NCBI GenBank assembly: GCA_965655095.1
Contig: OZ296651.1
Coordinates: 24,366,001 to 24,430,000, forward strand
From: Haplodiscus bocki
Taxonomy: Eukaryota
Length of the DNA: 64,000 nt
Reading direction: 5' to 3'
Under the pieces are notes generated by a model. That model was not told the DNA's origin. It searched no databases and worked only from the letters and a program-made list of their open reading frames with translations. The position numbers and the translations under genes are program-made. The first letter of the stretch is position 1. Every line of letters begins with the position of its first letter. Of the stretch, positions 10,965-21,942 are shown one piece after another.

Positions 10965-12195
10965 GATCAAGCTTTTTCTGAAAAAAAAACTGGTATTTTT
11001 TTAACTCTTTTACCTTTTATTGGTGGCGGTAACGCTTCAAGAACGCTGAATATACTGCCTTCCGAGGTTACAGTTGTTGCCTGCACAGTCAATTCCTCAC
11101 CCACATCAATCTCTTGGTCCTGGGTAACGTTGCTTGCTACTGGAGATGATGGTTGCCGCGTTGGACACGACGTGTCCCGTTTCACAACCTAAAAAGCCTC
11201 CAACAAGTCAATTCCTCTCAAACAACCTGTTGTTTTTGGTGATGGGAACTTTTAAGCAACAGTTATTGCAAAGAATACGTTTTATTGTTTTGAGGAACAA
11301 AGGGAGGTCAAATCAATGTATTTGTTTGACGTCCCAATGCTCATCGGAGTCCCAATCAACATAATCCACTTGTCGCTTCCTCTACTGAATTGACGTTGAT
11401 TTGTGTGGACAGGAAGCCAACTTTTTTTTTCTTGTAAACAACGTTGGGCAGGACAACCTCTTTTTTCGTCTTCGACTTGCATGATGAATCGATTTTTCTG
11501 GATGAGATTTCCAGTGAGCTTCCATCTTCAACGGTTACAAGGCTGCTTATAATTCTCTTCTATTGAAAAATTAAACTGACAATTAAAGGGTGTAAAAATG
11601 TAGCCATTTGACAGAAATTTTGAACGAGCCTCATTGCAAGTATGATTTGCAAAAATTACGTTGCTCTCAGGAAGGTCTCCAGCTTGTTGGGGGTCTCTGA
11701 AGAAAAGTATTTTGTGAAAGTTGTTTCAAGACTTTTTCATGGGTTTGAAAAGCTGTTGTTGAAAAATGACACTGGTTACCAATATACCACGTCCTCAAAC
11801 GGCTGAGTTTTCAGGTGTTTTCCGTTTTTGTTTTCTAGAAGTACAATTTCTAAAATTAAAAAAAGTGCTACCATCAAACAAAATGGTTCCGGGAAAACCA
11901 GAAGAAAAAAAATCCAAGGAGACTTACTAAGTTCTTTAAAAAGATTGATATTTCTCATTCCCGAACCACCTGAGAAAGAGTTTTTTAATTTCACAGAATC
12001 TAATTGTAAAATTTGTGTTCTTCGTGTTCAGTTTGACATACGTTGGCTATTTCACTCCTACTAAAGACGAAGACTTTGGCGATTGTCACATTGATTTTTC
12101 ATAAAAATCAAGCCTTCAAGTTTGAGAAACCGTTAATCTTTGCTGATTTTTTCCAACTGGTCCTGGTGCTATAAGTTTTGCGCTTGTACTAACAT
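10965..12195 (-). pseudogene. Unassigned Polinton accessory ORF (possible Tudor-like segment near 11330-11460)
   Basis: Coding-like fragments 11776-11994, 11282-11482 and 10967-11185 lie between the protease and pPolB. The segment VNSVEEAT/VDYVDWDSDEHWDV reads across a 1-nt frameshift. Confidence 0.35.
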
Positions 12196-12234
12196 TTGCT
12201 GGAGATGAAAAGTTTTAGAAATTCAAAACTTACT

Positions 12235-12662
12235 TTCTTTTAAATTTTCAAAAAACGGAGCAAATCAGTTTCAGTAATGTGGGAAAAAGTAGGATAATAG
12301 GGGTTGAATCGAAAATGAGCAATGTAAATACAATAAAATCCAGACAAGTTTGAGCTCTGATATTGTAATGGTGAAATATCCTTCAACTTTTGTTCGGCTT
12401 GGACCGATGATAACTTTTGGCTTTTTTCGGGTAGTGCTGAAGCAAATCCAAACCAAATGGCTCCGCTAAAATTTACAAATTTTTCACATTACTTCACATT
12501 ATCCAATGCTTTTCCAAACTGTTTGATTTTTGTGAAATAATAACAAAGAAAATGTCATTTGGCAGCAAGACAGGAAAGTTATCGGTCTGTATAAATGCCT
12601 CCAACATTGTTTTTTAATCTTGAACAACTTTTTATGAGCTGCGATTGGTAAACTTTGTCCAT
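12235..12662 (-). pseudogene. Adenain-like cysteine protease (Polinton PRO)
   Basis: Hand translation MDKVYQSQLIKSCSRLKNNVGGIY/DNFPVLLPNDIFFVIISQKSNSLEKHWIM...LAEPFG...IQPLLS fits the GVFxxD..HW..FDSFG..Q pattern. Confidence 0.7.
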
Positions 12663-12884
12663 TTTTGTTGTAGGAGTCAAAATGACGTTTCGGACATTAT
12701 TTTTTTGGGGTCAAAATAAAATGGTTAAAATTTTCACCCAGTAGAAACATTTGTCTTTGCTAGTAAAGCTGCCAAAAACTTCAACTCATGGGACACAGCC
12801 GCATTGGTTAACTCAGGTTAGAGAAATTCATGAGGTGCTTGCGTGTACTTTTAAGGTAAAAAACAAGCAAAAATTTGTATTTGT

Positions 12885-13953
12885 AATTGGCTAAAGGAAT
12901 ACGATGTCCGTGTAAATCGACAGCAAGGGCATCTATAGTAGTTATTTAAAGTCAATTTTCATCATCTGTTGAAACGGGAGTTCCTGCAGTGGGTCATCCT
13001 TTGCGGTGAACTGAGACCGCGTTCAAACCATACTTTCGATAATTGAATGGTTTGTTCCATTGGAGCCAAGAAAGGACTGATTGTAAATCAGATCCGGTGC
13101 GAAACGTCTGATTGGCTCCCGCTGAAGACATCCTTTTCGCTGCAGCCTTTTTCCTTAAAGAATTAGAGACATCTTTCGTGAAACTTCAGGGTACCGATTA
13201 AATGGAAGTGTTTTTGTTAATGTCTTTTCAATTGCGAGGAAAACTTGATCGGACGCGGTCATTTCAAAAACGTAGAGGTTAGCTTGGAATAGGATGATTT
13301 TGTAGTTCCTCGCACCACCGTCACAAATCAGAGCAGAGTCATGCTTAGATCTAACAAAAGAAATACAGGGTGTTACAACGCTGAGCAGGTGTTTATCGCA
13401 GGAGAAGATCTCTGCTGCAACTTTACCAAAAAGTGTATACTCTTGGGAATCTCTAGTTTCTGCTCTTCTGCTCCTAAAAAAGACATTTGCTTGGTCTCCA
13501 GGCTCTGCTCTGTAAGTATAACCGCGACAACTTGAGTATCTTTCGTTTCCTTTCCATTGGAATATTCTTTTTCAATGAAAACTTTATGAGCATTAATATT
13601 GTTTGATTTTGGAACTTTCAATCCAGTGGCCAAAACTATACATTCAGAATATACGCGAAGGAAGAGTGCTGTTAACAAAGACGGGAGTATCACATTGCGA
13701 AGAACTAGCTTAGTCATATCGTAAATCTGACCCATCGTCTTGTGAATTTTTGCATTTTATCTTGAAAAACTTTTGCAATTCCAAAAACCTGTTTCGATCG
13801 ACCACAACTTCAAATTCAAGCATCGGCCCATTGGGTGAAGTAAGTAGACCAGTTTCATGATCGGAAGAAGGGTCAAAAGTAGTCAAAACTGGTGATGGTT
13901 CAAAATTGACCAGTGAGCTCTGTGATGCTTACAGACAAAAATTTAGGCAACAT
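12885..13953 (-). pseudogene. Polinton major capsid protein (double jelly-roll)
   Basis: N-terminal ASQSSLVNFEPS...TSPNGPMLEFEVVVD, then NNINAHKVFIEKEYSNGKETKDT. Position between the pVI-like ORF and the protease fits. Confidence 0.65.
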
Positions 13954-14029
13954 TTTCAAATTCCAAAAGAAATCCGACCCACTTTTTTGCTTGTATTTTG
14001 ATTTGGTGATGGCTTTGACTTTCTTGGGA

Positions 14030-14322
14030 TTTCGAGGTTGTTTACCTTTCCCACCAATCTGTTTCTTTTTTTAATTTTGTTCTACTTTGTTTTGGCTTCT
14101 TTCCGGGATGATTCTCTCATTGTGACGGGATCCAAAACTTCAAAGACACTTTGCGCAAACTTTTTCTTACCAATGTTTTTTTCGGGTGGTAAAAGGAAAC
14201 ATTTGGCCAAAAGTATAGAAACTCCACCAATTCCAGCGGCTAATGCACCAATTTTACTCCCTCGTTGTGTGTGTTAGCTGGAAAAAGGGTGTAAATACGC
14301 TGGTTCGGCGTAAAAATCATTC
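14030..14322 (-). pseudogene. Small Polinton core/pVI-like protein
   Basis: QRGSKIGALAAGIGGVSILLAK followed by a basic region resembles the QRGxGIG-type small Polinton proteins. Confidence 0.5.
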
Positions 14323-15234
14323 AATGTGCAAATTTCCTGAATTTCAACGTCACGACACCCTATCGCTTACCAACGGATACAGCCAGGTTACCAGTCTCAC
14401 ATCTATGTTGAATACTGATTGTTTGTATGTTTTGGATCAACACTTCTAAGTATTGTCAGTCAAAAACGATCTCAGCTCCAAACCTTGTGTTGTCACGACC
14501 ACACCGTTTTCTACACATTTCCCACTAACAATCATTTGCACAATTGGTGTTCTCACATCACCAGTGTTTCGGTATTCAATCAAAACAGTATACAAAAATA
14601 TAGGGTGATACCCGAAAGAAGATAATTGGGAAAGTCGCCAGAGGTCTTCCTATCTTCCCCTAATTCTTCATCTCCAATATGGATGGTAAAAGTTGTCCCT
14701 TCCCTGAAAGCCAATAATTTTGGGTATGTTTCTATTGCGAAATGTCAAAACCAGCGTTTCCATTGAATTCAAGTTCGACTCTCCCAATTTGAAAGATTCG
14801 AGATGCTCCGTCTTGTAGTTTACTGGACGAAGGTTTTGAATACAGCGCGCAGAGTACGCTACTAATTACTTCGTACTGCGCCGTTTTCACTTTTGTTTTT
14901 TGTTACTACATCGAAACGTCTGTAGTCTGTGTCTCTTTTTCAACAGTGCCGTTATCCAGTTCCTCCTTTTTATAACGCTACTTTCATCAATGTCCTCCTC
15001 GTCTTCATTGCTTTGTTGGTAATCATCGTCGTATTGGTTTATTGCCAATAATGTTGTAAACGTGACACAAAAATGTGTGTTAATCTTGGAAAAGAAGATT
15101 TGGAGGTTTGATGCGCCAGTCACCTTTTGACAGATATGTTTTGAGGGATTTGATTCCTGAAATACTCCAGCGTATTGTCAGAATAAAACGTCCAATAATG
15201 ACGTGGACAACAAGTTCACTTCAAACTGTTCCAT
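14320..15234 (-). pseudogene. Polinton minor capsid protein (penton)
   Basis: MEQFEVNLLSTSLLDV/YSDNTLEYFRNQIPQNISV.GDW at the start, IEYRNTGDVRTPIVQMI internally, and TLKFRK at the end. Confidence 0.7.
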
Positions 15235-15244
15235 TTCTACCAAC

Positions 15245-16137
15245 TGTGATTAATTTTGTTTGATGAATTTTACCCAGAAATTTTCCTCTCTTGGATCCTG
15301 TCAAAGTGTACGTTGGAGGACTCCGAGTCATAGTTTTTTTAATTTCAAAGATTTCTTCGGTAAAGTTTTGCGCAAAACCGTTTTTGAACGGTAAAATCCC
15401 TTATAACACAATCACAAAAATTACTAACTTGAGTTTTGGCTCCTGTAGGTGTTTAGTAGTGGACTGCCTAGGGACCAGTGAAACCAATTGAGATTCACGA
15501 CTTGTTGTAAACTTTTTTCAAGCTAAACCAGTGCTTCATTTGACTCGTGAATTTTTGTCTACAAAGTGATGAAGCTGATTGATGGAGTGATAGGTCCAAT
15601 TCTCTTCCAAATTATATGTTATAGTTTTCACTAATCGAACTTTATTCTTGGCAAAAGCAGACCCTGTTTTACTGTGTGTTGTAAAGCTTCACTTTTTTGG
15701 ACTCACAAAATTGTTTCAACTCTTTTAAACTCTGTTCCTTTGTCTGAACATACCTTCTCAGGGAAAATTTTCTCTAAAAAGCACAATTTGTATCTGTTTC
15801 AGTTTTGGTTTTCAAGATGCAACTCGTGAAAATCTAGACAAAAAGTCTACGGCAACTAGTAAAAACTTTACCATAATTATATAATTTTTGTCCACATAAG
15901 CAACATCAATCAACCAATTTTCGTTTCTCCGGATGGGCTTGAACTTTTAATTGAAAAATTTTTTTTTCGGAGTGCAGTATTTTCTCTGGGCGTCTGTTCC
16001 AGCTGAAAAGTTTCTTTGCATTTTGACAGTTTGTTTGCCTCCATTAAGTTTTGAATGCTTCCATAAACGGCAGGACCTTGTGTATACAGTTTCTCCAATA
16101 GTCTATGTTCCTTTTCAGAGTTGTCCACGTTTTCCAT
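15245..16137 (-). pseudogene. Retroviral-like (rve) integrase of Polinton
   Basis: LEKLYTQGPAVYGSIQNL, IDVAYVD, LLVAVDFLSRF, SDKGTEF, TEEIFEI and PPTYTL...GKIHQTKL. Confidence 0.82.
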
Positions 16138-16179
16138 CGAAACACTTTGCCTCTGATTTTCAAATTCTTCGTCGTTGGC

Positions 16180-17000
16180 ATGCCAAAACTTTGGAGAGTG
16201 CTTTTTCAATTTCTAGTTGTTTCGAGCAAAGGGTTCAGATGTTTTTGTCGTTTTTAATTAGGAACAAAACGGGGTAATACTAGATTTCTTTCAAAGCTAT
16301 GAGAAACTCTCGATCTCTCAATTTTTGTTTGGTCGCTGTGGGCTGTAGAGAAACGTTGAAAGTGTTATTTTTTGTTGACTTCGTGTTCACCGTTAATTCA
16401 TGAGTCTCAATAAAATCAATAACGTCGGAAGCTTCAATTTTGTGTGGGCTTCCTCTACTCTTTTGTTTCTCAGCCACTGTCGGCATACCGAGAGACTCCA
16501 AAAGATTTTCGTTTGCAATTTTTTTCATTTTGTCCAGCGGTGAGGTCTTGGTGAACGTTTTATATCTTTGGTGTTTGGAGTGAAATCAGAGATCTTGCTT
16601 TTCGTTCAATTTCTGGGACTTTCAAAACTTGTAATGTTGAATTCTTCTGTTGTGTGTAGAAACTTTTCGGCAAAAGTTTCTTGGGTATTCACAACAAAAA
16701 TCAATCTGTCAAATAACGAAAACAAGGATGATTTATCAAATTCAATCAATTCAACCTTTTGATGACATCAAAACTTTCTTGTATTTCTTGATTGACGTTG
16801 ATTTTCTACAAAGCAGTCGTTACTCTTCATAAGGACGTAGCTCTTTCAGATTGATTCCCACAGTACCGTTTATAAAATATGAGTGCACATTCACAGCAAA
16901 AAGTCAAGAAATTCTGTGTCACAATATATCAAGAGTTTTTGTTGCTGAACTGAAAAGGGTTTTTCCAAGAGACTGAGTTTATGCATTTTTTCTCACTCAT
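16180..17000 (-). pseudogene. Two conserved-type Polinton ORFs between ATPase and integrase (PZ-like and uncharacterised)
   Basis: The FINGTVGINLKELRPYE fragment (~16830-16880) and ORF 16280-16528, plus synteny. Confidence 0.4.
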
Positions 17001-17645
17001 TTTTGTTTTCTGCAACTTTTGCTTGTGAAGGTTGCAGGTGAAATGTGGTGGTTCCCAGACCTACAAGGTTTGAACAAAATGGCGAACAATCACTTGTTTT
17101 TGTGTCCAAGCCAGAGTAAATTATCATGTTGCTCTGCTACTGCCTTTGTGCAGCAATATTTCGAAAAGTTGATTTTGTTTGGTTGTTTTTCCCAAAAAAT
17201 TCAATCTGTTGACTATCGCGTGGCCAATTGGAGAGCTTATTATGTGGAATTGAAGTCCATCGTATGCCACTATCGACTTTGGTTGAGCAATTTGTGTTTG
17301 ACAAAAACACTTTGAAACCCTCTGTGCCGACCAGAAAATCCAATTTTTACAAAATCTTTCTTTTCATAAATTTCCTCTCTGCAATCGTCAAAAATCAGCA
17401 GATAGTCTTGAAGCATTTTTATCAATTCAAAATTGAGACTTTTGATAGGCTCAATATTCATCTTCTAAACTTCTTCAGAGAAATATAAAATCGCGATAAA
17501 ATTTTTTTTCAAACCGGGGATTAAACGTCGTGGAAGTCAACATTGAAAAAGTTTGTCTTGTTTTTCCAGACCTAAAAGGTTAAGCTACAGACATAAAAAC
17601 CCTTTCTCTTGTGAAAATTATTTTACAGTTTTGGGTCAGGCATAA
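16990..17645 (-). pseudogene. A32/FtsK-like DNA packaging ATPase
   Basis: Degenerate Walker A (A*PFRSGKT), Walker B (YLLIFDD) and GRHRGFQSVFVKHKLLNQSR. Confidence 0.85.
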
Positions 17646-18106
17646 CATATCCAATTGCTCCCCACAAAAGTTATGTCCAAAATGTTTTTCCATCACAGGC
17701 AACGTCGAAAACACCTACTTTTATCAAACAAATTGACAATTAAAATAGCGAATGCTTGAACAAAAAACACCACATCGGACCTGGGTAACTTCGTAGAGTT
17801 GCAAAACTTCCAAAGTGGACCTCTCTACATTTTTCTCGTCATAAACCAGCTCATGAATTTGTAACAGATCTGGTAGGCCAACTAGCTCTGAATACATTAT
17901 TCAAAACAATACATCAAATATTTTTCAATCAAAAGGAGAACCATTATGAAAACGGTCAGAATTCGGTTTGAAAACCGTACTTAAGAAAAATATGCAATAT
18001 TCCCGAGCACAGAAGTATATGCTTTCCATTGTATGGTTACACAGTGTTCCTGGCTTGGCATTGTTGAAAATAGAAAGACACTTGAACAAGGAGCTTTTTG
18101 TCTTTG

Positions 18107-18180
18107 AGTGTCAAAAGGAAAAGAAAGGTAAAATAGTATAAGTGTCAAAAGAAAGAAGAGAACGGTACAATAGTATAAAA
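18107..18180. repeat. Imperfect 34-bp tandem duplication
   Basis: AGTGTCAAAAG...ATAGTATAA occurs at 18107 and 18141. Confidence 0.8.
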
Positions 18181-18789
18181 AATTATTAATCTACAATTCA
18201 TACATATGTTAGTTGATTCTACTAACTTCTACTACTAAGTAAAATAAACTCCTTCGTGTCATGCAAATAATGAGAGTTCCATTCTAAATCTTCAGTGTTT
18301 AACTCAATGTTGAAACTTGAGGGTTTCTTGCTGAATGCAGGGAAGAACCAAATCTTATCCGCTTTCTTTCTTTTCACAATCTGCTTCACTTCTTTGGGTA
18401 AGTTAGAATAGTCTGTGAATTTATTTTGGACATGGGGGCTTTTTTCGAAAAGTTGAGCGGTGGTATTTTTCTTCATGAATGAAAACATTGTCTGCCGGTT
18501 CTCGGACTCTTGTGACATATTTCATTGAAATCTCGAGCGTCAACAACCCCAAACGCAGGCTTTAGTATTTAGTATTCTGATAGAGACATATTTATCACAC
18601 TTCTCAAAACACTTTAAGAACCAATTCCAACATATTCATTTATTGTCAAAGTGACCAAGTGACTATTGTTTGCTGCTGCTAACATGCAAAAGCTAAATCG
18701 AGGAGACAATTAGACACATATGAAATGGTCTCCGTCTGTTTCCATATTTGGATTCTTTTAGCCACTGATAAAATGACGCCAACGTTATT

Positions 18790-19239
18790 TTACTACAATG
18801 CCAGAACTTCTCATTGGGTATCCAGTGTTCAGTTTTGTTGTGATTGGAACACGAAATCGCAAAACCTTTGTGTACTTATATCCGAGGACAATCAAGTTTG
18901 TCCAAGTCTCGAACGTTTTTCAGATATTTGGAAATGAAAGCCATTTTGTTCTTTCCTTCAACAAAAACTGTTAATTTGGATAAACGAATTCAAAGGCAAA
19001 CAAAAAATTCGTTAATGAACCTATGAGGGTAAAAAAAACTAATCCAGACAATACCTCAAATTCTTTTTGTAAGCAAATTTATTGAGCGTGGTTGTGTAAT
19101 TGAACAGTTAACCAGTTCTTTCGGTGATTTGAAAGGCAGTGCGTCTTGAAATTTTTTCCAAAAACAGCTCTTTCAATTTAAGATTGCTAAAAGTAAGACC
19201 TTCAAAATCAAAAACAATGTTTTTGTTTTCGTTCAACAT
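18790..19239 (-). pseudogene. DEDD-like exonuclease-fold accessory ORF
   Basis: MLNENKNIVFDFEGLTFSNLKLKEL...FVEGKNKMAFISKYLKNVRDLDKLDCP resembles the VDxxGF..VKEL..YVKGxxK..LGCP family found in Polintons. Confidence 0.5.
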
Positions 19240-19901
19240 TCCAACTCATTAAGCCCGTGTGCTTGGGGTGATACTTTCAATCTCAGAATACGCCAGAGAG
19301 GACGAAGTGCAACTGACCAAAGTCATTCAAAGTTGTTTCTCGTATCTAAACCGTCTTCTTTGTCAGGGAAATTTCCAAGTAAAGTTTGAGCGTCAGAAAC
19401 AATCAAAAAAGTCTGTAAACTTTACTATGCTTGTAAAACAATCCACATTCGATTTCTGGCTGTTCTTTCAACAAGCTCTGGAGTTGCGTGCCACGTTCAG
19501 AGTTGTTCTCAGCTAAGTCTAACAAAAGCTCAAAACAAATTTTCTGTAGACATCATAATTGTCAATTTTATCATTAGAAAGTCGATGGAAAATTTGTTGC
19601 AATTTGATTACGTCTAATTTTTTCGGATCCACTGTTTTGGATTCCACCCTATTCTCGAAATAACTTTTTACGTTGTGCATCGCGCGACAGACGAATGTGA
19701 TCCGACGAATTAAAACCAACTGGACGACTCGCAATAACGAGATGCAGAACATCTGTTAAGATTTCCGAAGCTCGAGCGGCAGTCGGCACTACTAGTCCGG
19801 AGTTTAGGGAGGGGTCCTAAGAAAAGTGAACGGCCGGCCTTTCCATGGGGGTGGGTCCTTGCGTCAGAATTGGAGGACCCCTAAGGAGGATCCTCCGATT
19901 T

Positions 19902-19949
19902 TGAAACAAGAACCGCCCCGTTGAAAGGCCGGCCGTTGTCCTTACTACT
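19902..19949 (-). repeat. Right terminal inverted repeat of Polinton
   Basis: TGAAACAAGAACCGCCCCGTTGAAAGGCCGGCCGTTGTCCTTACTACT. Confidence 0.93.
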
Positions 19950-20216
19950 GATATATGCCTTAAAACTGACTAACTCTACTCGAAATAGAGAAAAATAGCT
20001 CAATTTTCATTCGTCCTCTGGAAAAAAACCTGTCCAACATGTTCCGAGAGCTACGAAAAATCATTGTCGTAGATTGAAATCTTTAGCAATTAATTAAAAT
20101 TACTTGTTTGTGAAATCTAGGTGCTAAGATACATGACTTGCAGATAGGCTCCAATCAGGGCTTGAACAACGAGGCCATCGGAATAAAAGATCACTGATTT
20201 TCAACTGTATAGGTCA

Positions 20217-20398
20217 ATATTGATAGATAGATGAGATGGATAAAAATACAGATAGATACATGACAGATAGATAGATACATGATAGATAAATAGATGATAC
20301 ATAGATATAGATATATACAGAAAGATGTAGATATAGACAGAATTAGATAGATATAAATCGACACAGACAGGTATAGATATACATAGCTATAGATGTAT
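20217..20398. repeat. Degenerate (GATA)n/(AGAT)n microsatellite
   Basis: Runs of gata/taga/tata/caga units. Confidence 0.9.
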
Positions 20399-21942
20399 GG
20401 TGCATCGCCGACCACGGTGCAGATGTGGCACAAAGAAATTGCTGAAAAAATCAAGAAAAACTCAGATTTCGGGCTTTGAGCGAAAATTTTTTGGCTGGTG
20501 TTATGACAACAGCATTCTACGTCTCCACAGGAAAATTTCGGTAGAACAATTTTTTTCTGAAAAATCCGTAGCTCACGCAGTTAGAATTGGCAAACTACGG
20601 AGAGAAAAGTCTACACAATGAGTTGATGTTTTCCTTTCGTATTATATTGTCTGAAAATAGTAGGCCGAGAAAACAAATATTCTAACCGAAAGTTCCAAAC
20701 AATAACCCTAAAATGTGCAAAATATTTTCAAGTGCCAAAACTCTTACATAAACTAAGAAATATTCAAAAAAAACAATCACCCGCAATTTAGCGAAAACTT
20801 TGAGTATATTAAAACTTTTACGTCAAAGGTCATACTGAAACTTTCTGTGATACCGCTTGCTTAAGCCGAAAAATTTCCACGGCTACTGCCACTCAAGATG
20901 CTGTACAAAGTTGATTGAATTTCCAGTATGCACAAAAAGTTTCTCAGAAAATAGCAACCAAAAACTTGTGATACCCCCGTTTCATAATCCCAGTCTGTAC
21001 CTTGCTCGTTGAAATTACGTTAGATACATGTTAACTACTGCAGTTACGTAATTTTAAAACGTTACAACTACATCTTCGACGTTCAAGACGGATAACCGAG
21101 TGGGCGCTAATCGAAAATTTACGGTATTTACTATTAGACGTTTATAGTTTCTAACTAGAATGTTTGGAAAAAAGTCACGAGATTTACCTCTAGTATCGAA
21201 TAATATCTTCGGCTTTGAAATTAAAAATGAGGAAAAATCTTGAAGGAGCAGAAAATAGCTTAGCTTCCAAGTTCGAAAAGCTGTTCAAAAGTTTTCGGAC
21301 TGCAACCAAGTGTAATATGTGGCAGAGTAAAGCCTTCTTGTTGACAATTTTACATAACAGGAACATGTACATTTTCAGCAATAGCAGAAACTGGAAAAGT
21401 TCAATAACTTTTTCGGAATATTATGATTCGAGTGGATTCTCGTCGAAACGTGCGACTCACAATGTACAAAGCCAGCACAGTACGCAAATATCGCAGTACG
21501 TACATTGTGTATGTACGTGAACAAGTCACGTAACCCCACTTTGCGAAGTGAGCCGGAAGCATCTGCAACATAGTTTGCTGGTCTGCAAAAAAGTTGTACC
21601 TGTATCTTTCTTCGTTTGCTTCGATATTAATAAAGTGTACAGGCAATGATATTCTTTCTTGAGCTTGAGACTATATTTAACAACAGTACAAATTGCCACT
21701 TACAGGCAAAACTACTTCTGTATTGCTTCTCGACAAATCGACTTCACACCTTTATAACAAACGATAGAATCTTCGGGAAAATTTGCTAGAAACGGTCTAA
21801 ATTTAGTTAGTCCCAACATCAATAGTTCTGATTGCAAATGAATGAAACAAGACATTGCTCACGAAAACTTTTTGAAGCTATATACAAAGAACTAGTAACA
21901 AATAAACATTTCTACATTTATCGAGGAACTAAAACAACAAAA

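Larger units (their letters stand above)
5470..19949 (-). mobile_element. Full-length decayed Polinton/Maverick (14,480 bp)
   Basis: Starts AGTAGT (5470) and ends ACTACT (19949), with ~50-bp imperfect TIRs. Flanks GATGTA (5464-5469) and GATATA (19950-19955) form a 6-bp TSD with 1 mismatch. Contains remnants of pPolB, adenain-like protease, major and minor capsid, integrase and A32-like ATPase. Confidence 0.93.

Noticed and set aside
12198-12233. GTAAGT...CTCCAG mini-intron linking the protease to the accessory ORF
   Set aside because: Only ~36 nt long and in decayed sequence; unsupported without transcripts.
20191-20454. 87-aa Ile/Tyr/Leu-rich ORF
   Set aside because: Translation of the GATA microsatellite.
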